Shown here in pieces: positions 1-14,481 of a stretch of DNA of 32,000 nucleotides. Each line of letters opens with the position of its first letter. Position 1 is the first letter of the stretch. The notes under the pieces were generated by a model. The model had not been told where the DNA came from, did no database searches, and saw only the letters and a program-made list of their open reading frames with translations. Made by a program: the position numbers and the translations under genes. The DNA comes from Pseudomonas phage phiKZ: the sequence record NC_004629.1. One strand, written 5' to 3'.

Positions 1-1
1 A

Positions 2-511
2 GATCGTTGGGACGACGTTTGCGCTGCGATCCTAAACTGTGTTAAAGCTGAGCTATTCCCGGCTCACCGTGATTCCAACATTGAAGCTGCCTTCCGTGTT
101 ATCTCCGGTAACCAGGATGAAACTCCGATGTATCTCTTCTGCTCCGACAAAGAGATTGCTAACTATCTAATGACTAAAGGTGACGACCGTACTCTAGGTG
201 CTTATCTCAAGTACGATATCGTTTCCACCAACAACCAGCTATTTGATGGTAAGCTAGTTGTAATTCCGACCCGCGCAGTACAACAAGAAAACGACATCCT
301 CTCCTGGGGCCAGTTCTTCTACGTATCTACTGTTATCGCTGACCTACCGATCACTCGTGGTGGTCACCAGGTTACTCGCGAAATCGCGGCCATTCCGTTC
401 AACCTACACGTCAACAACATTCCGTTCGCGCTAGAGTTCAAGATCACTGGCTTCCAGAAAGTCATGGGCGAAACTCAGTTCAACGGTAAGCTTGCTGATC
501 TTAAGCCGTGA
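2..511 (+). CDS. PHIKZ120: Major capsid protein, C-terminal part (5' end outside window)
   Basis: Open in frame 2 from the window edge to TGA 509-511 (the ORF track starts only at an internal Met). AAC/TTC-rich codon usage unlike the neighbouring genes, typical of a very highly expressed virion gene. Followed by a hairpin. Located 9 genes before the portal, consistent with gp120 of phiKZ (synteny, from memory). Confidence 0.75.
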   Translation, partial: DRWDDVCAAILNCVKAELFPAHRDSNIEAAFRVISGNQDETPMYLFCSDKEIANYLMTKGDDRTLGAYLKYDIVSTNNQLFDGKLVVIPTRAVQQENDILSWGQFFYVSTVIADLPITRGGHQVTREIAAIPFNLHVNNIPFALEFKITGFQKVMGETQFNGKLADLKP

Positions 512-601
512 GCTGGAAAGGGTTACCGTTATCTAGAAAATGGGACTATCCGTTATTTGGAAGACGGTAATGCCCGGAAGTTAGAAGAGTAACAGACATA
601 G

Positions 602-627
602 GCCCTCCCTTCGGGGAGGGCTTTATG
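602..627 (+). terminator. GC hairpin terminator after capsid gene
   Basis: GCCCTCCC-TTCG-GGGAGGGC (602-621) followed by TTTATG. Confidence 0.85.
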
Positions 628-707
628 TTGTATTACATTAAAAAAAGTTTAAGATCTATATTACAGTAATGATCATGATCTTCTAATTTAAAAATAGGTT
701 AATCCAA

Positions 708-1160
708 ATGAACGTTCAATTATTTCCAGAAGTCATCGAAAGATGGCAAGATGCCCTAAGGGTATCTCTTATAGAAAAAAATACCATGGTAGATAATAAG
801 ATGTCTACCGTAGATGATGATAAATACATTAATACTTTCTTTGAAGAATTCCATCCTGTTCAGGATGCCTTTATGCCCAAAGGGCTAGAGGACTTTATTA
901 CTGATTATGCCAAGAAAAACATTGAGGAGATCCTTCAAGAAAAACAGTTTAAGCGGGCCACCGAAAAGTTATATTGTTCGAGTGACCCGCATAAATGGCA
1001 GAAATCAAGTAATAAGGAAAAGAGTGAATCCTTTAAGGGAAGGTCCGTACATCAAACTAAAAAGAGGCTCCCCAACATTGTAGATTTGGAGGCCGTTGTG
1101 ATTAAGGTAGATTTCAATGGTAACACTAAAAATTGCGGGGCTTACTCAAGTATCAGTTAA
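708..1160 (+). CDS. Hypothetical protein (150 aa)
   Basis: ORF after intergenic region; overlaps next ORF start by 44 nt. Confidence 0.75.
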   Translation: MNVQLFPEVIERWQDALRVSLIEKNTMVDNKMSTVDDDKYINTFFEEFHPVQDAFMPKGLEDFITDYAKKNIEEILQEKQFKRATEKLYCSSDPHKWQKSSNKEKSESFKGRSVHQTKKRLPNIVDLEAVVIKVDFNGNTKNCGAYSSIS

Positions 1161-2199
1161 GCCTACTATCGATCACCCGTATGATAAGAAATCGGGAACT
1201 GCATACACTAAGGGTGATCCATACGCTAATTGGAATCTCCCTGTCTCACGTTTTGTTGAGTATCGGAATGAATCATTTCATCGTATTACTGTAGTCGATT
1301 CATCTGGTCACGCTATCAATATTGGGACATCCCGTAAGTATGTAATGTCTAATAGACTAGTAGTTAAGGTCATTTACCGATGGAGTGGTGATGATAGTTT
1401 TAACTATGAAGTTATGGCTAAATCTATTCCAGGTTTTACACCTGAGGAAATGTTAGAATATATTCAGTCATTTAGTCGACAGACATTCGATCAGTTTAAT
1501 AACCAGCTATCTGAGATTACTATTTGGTATTCAATTGACTTATCAAAACTAGTAGATCAGTATCATGGCGGTTGGATTCAGAGTTTAGGTATCCAAGTAT
1601 TTAAAACTGAGTATAGTCAGTATTTTGAATTTTATCCAAATAGAAATATTAGTCCTCCTGGTTACAGCGGACTTAGTCCAGAAGAAGAAGCACTTTCTAA
1701 TCAAGTATGGAATGAAACATATTCTTTAACGTATAATACTGACATCAATAAACCAGATAAATTGTTTTATGTAATGGCTGGCAGAATTATGGCCATTGAG
1801 TCAATCTATAATCCATCATTAGATCCTGGTCTTATTGTTAATATCCGTGGTAAGCATGGGTGTATCAGTCATAATGGCGAAAAGAGATATGTAATACCTC
1901 CTGAACAGTTCCATGAAAATGGTTTCTTTAGAACACATGAAGAAGCTGCTGCAATGGTTGGAATTAAAGATAAGAAAGTTATTGAACGTCTTAAGACTGC
2001 GCTCTTAACAGCAGCTGATATTAAGGAAAGGGAAGCCCAGGAAAAAGCAGCTGGTACGTTTGATAAAGAATTCAAACCAAAAGATGTTGTATTGATTCAT
2101 GGTCTAAAATGGGGTGATCTAAACTCCATTGCCTCTGATCTAGTATCATCCATTAAAATTGTAGGTTCACTGATGGATTTAATTTTGCCAAAAGTTTAG
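1117..2199 (+). CDS. Hypothetical protein, possibly virion-associated (360 aa)
   Basis: Long ORF, co-oriented and tightly packed with 2209-3840. Confidence 0.8.
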   Translation: MVTLKIAGLTQVSVKPTIDHPYDKKSGTAYTKGDPYANWNLPVSRFVEYRNESFHRITVVDSSGHAINIGTSRKYVMSNRLVVKVIYRWSGDDSFNYEVMAKSIPGFTPEEMLEYIQSFSRQTFDQFNNQLSEITIWYSIDLSKLVDQYHGGWIQSLGIQVFKTEYSQYFEFYPNRNISPPGYSGLSPEEEALSNQVWNETYSLTYNTDINKPDKLFYVMAGRIMAIESIYNPSLDPGLIVNIRGKHGCISHNGEKRYVIPPEQFHENGFFRTHEEAAAMVGIKDKKVIERLKTALLTAADIKEREAQEKAAGTFDKEFKPKDVVLIHGLKWGDLNSIASDLVSSIKIVGSLMDLILPKV

Positions 2200-2208
2200 G
2201 AGTTTATA

Positions 2209-3840
2209 ATGCCGGATCCATTTCTAATTGAAAAGATTCGTGAAAATACGCCTTGCATGAATCCAACACTAGCAAATGGTATCACAGTCGAACACACCAT
2301 GACTCGTGATCCAAATACTGGTGTTAATATGACCAGGCGTTATATTGATTCTTTATTTGATATCAGTTCAGTTCTATTTCCCGATGGCTTCAAATATGAA
2401 GGCAATCGTGCATGTACACCGCTTAAGCATTTTGAAGAGATTACTCGGGAATATAATGCTAAGCGTATTGCCAATATTGCTCCAACTGATATGTACATGA
2501 TTGACCTAATGTTTAGTTATAAAGGGGAAATGCTTTATCCTCGTCCAATGTTGTTACCAGCTTTTAAGAGAGGCAATATGGTAACTATCAATGGTGCGAA
2601 ATATATCGGTTCACCAGTATTAACTGATGTTGGGTTCTCTGTACTTAATGATAGCATCTTCATCCCGTTTCGTCGTACTAAGCTAACCTTTAAACAAACT
2701 GACCACCATTACATGTGCAATGGTCAGCGTAAAATCATGTATGTGATCTGGTCACAGATTCACAATGAAATGGCTAAGCGTACTAAACGAGATCTGGATA
2801 ATCGACCACATATTGAGTCATGTTTAGCTCATTATTTCTTCTGTCAGTTTGGAGTAACTCAAACTTTCAAACAATGGGCTAATGTAGATGTTAAGTGTGG
2901 ACTGCTGTCTGATTTTCCTGAAGAAGAATATCCACGTGAAAAGTGGAATATTTATTCCAGTGCAACATTAAAAGGCAAACATCCCACCGGTGAAATGGTT
3001 CTTGTTATACCTCGTCATCAAGAATCTATTTTTGCCACACGACTTATCGCTGGTTTCTGGTATGTGGTCGATGCATTTCCAATGCGGTTTACTCGACCTG
3101 AATATGTAGATAGTACCAACTTATGGCGTGTTATCCTAGGTCACATGGTGTTTGGTGATTTTGAGCACCAAGGTAAAGTAGAGGAAAACATTGATTCACA
3201 CCTACACAGTTTCTGTAATTCACTAGACGAAATGACTATTGAAGAACTTAAAACAGTTGGTGTCAATGTAAGTACTATTTGGGAACTTCTTTACGAGATC
3301 ATGACTAGTTTGGCTCATCATCTTTATGCTACTGATATTGATGAAACTAGTATGTATGGTAAAAGGTTAACAGTACTGCATTACTTGATGTCAGAGTTTA
3401 ACTATGCTGTAAGTATGTTTGGTTATATGTTCCAGTCTAGGCGTGATCGTGAATGGACTGTACAAGAGCTAAACGAAGGTTTAAAACGTTCTTTTAAACT
3501 ACAGACAGCTATTAAACGATTAACAGTGGACCATGGTGAACTCGATACAATGAGTAATCCAAACTCCAGTATGTTGATTAAAGGGACATCTATCCTAGTT
3601 ACACAGGATCGCGCTAAAACAGCTAAGGCTCATAATAAGTCTCTAATCAATGACTCATCTAGGATTATTCACGCATCTATTGCTGAGGTAGGTCAATATA
3701 AAAACCAACCTAAGAACAACCCGGATGGTCGAGGTAGGCTTAATATGTATACCAAAGTGGGTCCAACTGGACTAGTTGAACGTCGTGAAGAAGTGCGTGA
3801 AATAATTGACAACGCTCAATTAATGTTCCGTGCAAAATAA
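2209..3840 (+). CDS. PHIKZ123: Non-virion RNA polymerase beta-like subunit, N-terminal part (543 aa)
   Basis: Assigned mainly by gene order (third gene after capsid gp120). Compatible beta-N-like segment GNMVTINGAKYIGSPVLTDVGFSVLNDSIFIPFRRTK. No search run. Confidence 0.65.
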   Translation: MPDPFLIEKIRENTPCMNPTLANGITVEHTMTRDPNTGVNMTRRYIDSLFDISSVLFPDGFKYEGNRACTPLKHFEEITREYNAKRIANIAPTDMYMIDLMFSYKGEMLYPRPMLLPAFKRGNMVTINGAKYIGSPVLTDVGFSVLNDSIFIPFRRTKLTFKQTDHHYMCNGQRKIMYVIWSQIHNEMAKRTKRDLDNRPHIESCLAHYFFCQFGVTQTFKQWANVDVKCGLLSDFPEEEYPREKWNIYSSATLKGKHPTGEMVLVIPRHQESIFATRLIAGFWYVVDAFPMRFTRPEYVDSTNLWRVILGHMVFGDFEHQGKVEENIDSHLHSFCNSLDEMTIEELKTVGVNVSTIWELLYEIMTSLAHHLYATDIDETSMYGKRLTVLHYLMSEFNYAVSMFGYMFQSRRDREWTVQELNEGLKRSFKLQTAIKRLTVDHGELDTMSNPNSSMLIKGTSILVTQDRAKTAKAHNKSLINDSSRIIHASIAEVGQYKNQPKNNPDGRGRLNMYTKVGPTGLVERREEVREIIDNAQLMFRAK

Positions 3841-3875
3841 ATTAAATCTTTAACTACTTAATAGGTATTATTCAC

Positions 3876-6041
3876 ATGAACTATGCACAGTACAATCTAC
3901 CTGTCGATTTTGAGAGTGTAGATACCAGTACTTTCGATCCTAACCTACCTAATGGGAATTATCTGTTTAGCCTACCGCTACAGTTATCACCACATCAACA
4001 ACATCCTCAACTACAACCATATTTCAATGGTGTAATTGGGCTGTTCCGGCTGAATGCTCAAAATGCTGCTACTACCACCCAGCTTCATGCATTTGCGTAT
4101 AATCTGCTATCTAGTAATGGTTTTCAGAATAACTATTATCAGCAGTGGGCTCAGAAAGTTATTGACTTTCTAGAGTTTCTATTTATTCATCGTCAAATGG
4201 TGAATAACCCACAGCAGGCAATGCAGCAAGCTGCATCTCTAGTATGGTCTGGTTTTGTTGGTAAATGTGCTCAAACCTTCCCGCAGCTACAAAGTCTAGT
4301 TCAACATCTAATGCCGAATATCCAACAGGCACTTGGTGTAATCGGGCAGATTGAATCAGATATCCAAAAGATGCGTATGGGTGGTAACACCATGATGCAG
4401 GGTGGATATCAACAACCTGGTGTACAGCCTGGAAGTTTCCCTGGAATGGGTGCAGCAATGGGTCGTCCTGGCATGAGTTCACAACTACCTCCAATTAACG
4501 CAGGTATCCAACAGACCTATGGTCAACCGGCTACCATGGCTAATCCGCAGCTGAACATTCCAGGGGCATATACACCAACAACTAATCATGACACTGGTCC
4601 ATCAATTGCAAATGCTGCATATGACGTACCTGGTTCTTCTCCTTTCCTGGAAAACAAACCAGTCATGCAACCTAAAGACTCTTGGGGTGCCACTGTTGAA
4701 GTATCTCCAAATAGTAGTTATGATACAATCCCTGGTGGAGGTGATGTAATGATTCTACCTGAACTACAACAAAATGCAAATACTGTAACTAATGATAATA
4801 CGGATCTACCCATCCCTCAAGATGTGAAAGAACTCGTATTCGATCCGAACTATTATGTACCCAATGGATTTGTAATTAATAAAGATCGTCCGATGGATGT
4901 TATCTATAATCCAGGTGGCATTGAAATCCGACCTGCTCATCTAGTTGCAGATAAACCTGATTGGGTACGTACTGCTAGTTCAGCTAATCCATACAGCATC
5001 CTAATGGATCCGGCAGTATATTGTCGCTTCCTTGCTAAATGGCCTGATAACACTGTACATGAAGTATATCGTAAGTGGGAGAATCACATGGAAATGGATT
5101 ATCTAAAGCATGAGCTTCAAGATGATCTCCGTCGTCAAGCACATCGTGGTGGTGGTGCGCGTACTGCAACCAGTTATAAGCTATCTACCATTATGGGTGA
5201 TGCCAAACCGGTTAAAGAAGTAGCCGAAGAGTTTTCACCAAATGATGCTGGGTTAACTGATAATCGTGAACATGATCCAGTTATCCTAGAAGGTTATATT
5301 GCTTGTGCAAATAATCTTGAAGCAGAAGCTGGTGCACTCAATGCAGTTCGTGAAGCACTTGAGCTAAGTGAAGATGATGTAGTTCCGGCACATGAGTATC
5401 GTGCAGCGTCGTCCCATCCATTTGATGCTTCAACTGAAGTTATGTATGAGATCGAGGATATTCGAAAAGAACCCGATCCGCATCTAATTGCAAAGCGCCT
5501 TAAGCAACTAATGCTAGATGGTAAGCTGACTCAACGCTACTATCGGTTCCTAGTTGAAAGGCTAACCAGTGCAGTTAATGAGTTCCTGGCTGATTCAATG
5601 AGTCAGAAGGTAACCATTGATGACTTCTGTGAAGATATCGGTGATCTTATCGCATATCTTATCGGTAAGAAAGGTAAGTCAGTAGCTGATAAATTTACCG
5701 CTAGTATTCCGTTTATTGTTGGACGGAGTATGTGTGTTAATATTGATCCAGAAGAAGGTAATTCTATTCTAGATCTATCAGTGCGTTTCCAAACTGGCTG
5801 GCGCCTTGAGGAACTATCCTGCCTAAATATTTATACCGAGAAAGCAGTACTTATCAGTAAACTTACCGAACCTAAGATTACTCAAGTAATCATGGGGATG
5901 GCAAAGCGCCTAAATAGCTCTAAAGATTCAGATGATGCACGTACACACAAAATGTACATTATCACTGCTGATGGATCTTATCTACAAGTTATTCGTGGCG
6001 CTCTTGTTGATAATGCTGTTCTACTTAAGCTTATCAAATAA
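3876..6041 (+). CDS. Hypothetical structural protein with Gln/Pro/Gly/Met-rich linker (721 aa)
   Basis: Long ORF; low-complexity QQ/GM/PG-rich stretch between helical N-terminus and globular C-terminus. Confidence 0.8.
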   Translation: MNYAQYNLPVDFESVDTSTFDPNLPNGNYLFSLPLQLSPHQQHPQLQPYFNGVIGLFRLNAQNAATTTQLHAFAYNLLSSNGFQNNYYQQWAQKVIDFLEFLFIHRQMVNNPQQAMQQAASLVWSGFVGKCAQTFPQLQSLVQHLMPNIQQALGVIGQIESDIQKMRMGGNTMMQGGYQQPGVQPGSFPGMGAAMGRPGMSSQLPPINAGIQQTYGQPATMANPQLNIPGAYTPTTNHDTGPSIANAAYDVPGSSPFLENKPVMQPKDSWGATVEVSPNSSYDTIPGGGDVMILPELQQNANTVTNDNTDLPIPQDVKELVFDPNYYVPNGFVINKDRPMDVIYNPGGIEIRPAHLVADKPDWVRTASSANPYSILMDPAVYCRFLAKWPDNTVHEVYRKWENHMEMDYLKHELQDDLRRQAHRGGGARTATSYKLSTIMGDAKPVKEVAEEFSPNDAGLTDNREHDPVILEGYIACANNLEAEAGALNAVREALELSEDDVVPAHEYRAASSHPFDASTEVMYEIEDIRKEPDPHLIAKRLKQLMLDGKLTQRYYRFLVERLTSAVNEFLADSMSQKVTIDDFCEDIGDLIAYLIGKKGKSVADKFTASIPFIVGRSMCVNIDPEEGNSILDLSVRFQTGWRLEELSCLNIYTEKAVLISKLTEPKITQVIMGMAKRLNSSKDSDDARTHKMYIITADGSYLQVIRGALVDNAVLLKLIK

Positions 6042-6047
6042 GCATAA

Positions 6048-6076
6048 AAGCCCCTCTACGGAGGGGCTTATTTATG
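6048..6076 (+). terminator. Hairpin terminator
   Basis: AAGCCCCTC-TACG-GAGGGGCTT (6048-6069), then ATTTATG; CATA at 6043-6046. Confidence 0.85.
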
Positions 6077-6121
6077 AATGATGTGTTGTTTAATCAAATA
6101 TTGTAAAAAAGGAGTAATACA

Positions 6122-6754
6122 ATGCTAGCTAAAATGAATAAATTCTTCAAAGAATTACTAAACAAAAATACGGTGAATATGGCAGGGCTATTCGATGATG
6201 TGGTATTGATGAATAGTTATAATAACTATAAACCAGATTTCAATGACACTGTAGAAGTAAATACAAAATGTGATCTACCGGCAAATGGTAAAGTCCTAGT
6301 TCTATATGTCGTTCAAGATACAATGGATATGTACATTTGGGATGGTCAACAATATCTTTCTTATAATCCATATTCTACTGAGCAATTAGCACCAATGATT
6401 GATGACCCATCAGCATTTATTCCATCAACCAAAGCCAATACCTCTCTAAAAGTAACCTATGGTATCTGGGCACTTAAGAAAGATTTAGAAACTATCCAGA
6501 AGTATTCAATTGGAATGCACACTCTGCTTGATAAACATTCACTAGCAAGAGTTAACGATAAGAATCCTATTAATAAGGTATTCTTCGAAACATGTCATAA
6601 AGCCCTATATACTGCACTTCGTGAATCATACAAAAACAACATGGTTAAACCACAAATTGCAGATGCAGTCACCAAGGAAGGATGTTGGTTTGGGCGAGAT
6701 CATCGATCTAATAAACTGTCATTTAAATGCGGTGAATTTAAGGTTGAATGGTAA
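6122..6754 (+). CDS. Hypothetical protein (210 aa)
   Basis: ORF with upstream AAAAAAGGAG. Confidence 0.8.
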   Translation: MLAKMNKFFKELLNKNTVNMAGLFDDVVLMNSYNNYKPDFNDTVEVNTKCDLPANGKVLVLYVVQDTMDMYIWDGQQYLSYNPYSTEQLAPMIDDPSAFIPSTKANTSLKVTYGIWALKKDLETIQKYSIGMHTLLDKHSLARVNDKNPINKVFFETCHKALYTALRESYKNNMVKPQIADAVTKEGCWFGRDHRSNKLSFKCGEFKVEW

Positions 6755-6774
6755 TAATTAAGTAATGGCATAAA

Positions 6775-6816
6775 CCCCTCTCCGCATGGAGAGGGGCTAT
6801 GTCTTTATTTTTTTTT
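6775..6816. terminator. Bidirectional hairpin terminator between convergent genes
   Basis: CCCCTCTCC-GCAT-GGAGAGGGG (6775-6796) with downstream T-rich tract; + gene ends 6754, - gene ends at 6819. Confidence 0.85.
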
Positions 6817-6818
6817 AT

Positions 6819-7262
6819 TTAACTGCTTTCAAATTCAAGAGTTACTGGTATTGTTGGTATCCATGACAAATTATTAAAGTATGGATGTATCGTAACCGTA
6901 TTCCCAGTAATAGGCTGCGGTTGTATCTCTTCTATAATAAATGGAATACCGTAAACATCTCTTAATTTTTCAGCTACTTCTAAATTATCAGTATAGTCAG
7001 TTGGTTTACCCGGTACCTTTATGCCAAGACAGTACTCTGGTAAAGAGCGTCTATTAAAGTAAATAACTGCCTCACCTTTAAAATAAAGTGAACTGGTCTT
7101 CGCTCTCATTGTTGTTTTGGCATTTGTACCAGTTGCTAAGAATGTATCGGTTCCTATGAATTCAACATCATCAACAGTTAAATCCCTAGGCCTACCATTA
7201 TTATCTTTAGGTTTATTAGCCACATTCCAAGCAGCTACCAATTCAGCTCTTGTATCATCCAT
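6819..7262 (-). CDS. Hypothetical, likely virion-associated (147 aa)
   Basis: Minus-strand ORF; resembles a domain in 7271-8143 and 25693-26226. Confidence 0.8.
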   Translation of the reverse strand: MDDTRAELVAAWNVANKPKDNNGRPRDLTVDDVEFIGTDTFLATGTNAKTTMRAKTSSLYFKGEAVIYFNRRSLPEYCLGIKVPGKPTDYTDNLEVAEKLRDVYGIPFIIEEIQPQPITGNTVTIHPYFNNLSWIPTIPVTLEFESS

Positions 7263-7270
7263 TACACACC

Positions 7271-8146
<876 letters not shown>

Positions 8147-8153
8147 TCGCTCC

Positions 8154-10334
<2,181 letters not shown>

Positions 10335-10354
10335 TTACTCACTTTAAAATTTAG

Positions 10355-13054
<2,700 letters not shown>

Positions 13055-13071
13055 TTTCTAAACAACATAAT

Positions 13072-13097
13072 GCCCTCCCATTACGGGAGGGCTTATG
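13072..13097. terminator. Bidirectional hairpin terminator
   Basis: GCCCTCCC-ATTAC-GGGAGGGC (13072-13092) between convergent genes, flanked by CATA (13066-13069) and TATG (13094-13097). Confidence 0.85.
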
Positions 13098-13100
13098 ACG

Positions 13101-14387
<1,287 letters not shown>

Positions 14388-14417
14388 TTAGTCTCCATGG
14401 AATGATTGGACAATCCT

Positions 14418-14456
14418 ATGTGAATTTCACATCATTACGCTAACAAATTGCGCAAT
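14418..14456. promoter_or_regulatory. Dyad-rich divergent intergenic region
   Basis: Perfect inverted repeat ATGTGAA-T-TTCACAT (14418-14432) and palindrome ATTGCGCAAT (14447-14456), between divergent genes. Confidence 0.4.
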
Positions 14457-14481
14457 AGCGTTTTATTAAAGGAGGGCAACC

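Noticed and set aside
4183-4494. Minus-strand 103-aa ORF inside the 721-aa gene
   Set aside because: Fully embedded antisense to a strongly supported long gene; no independent SD or domain evidence.
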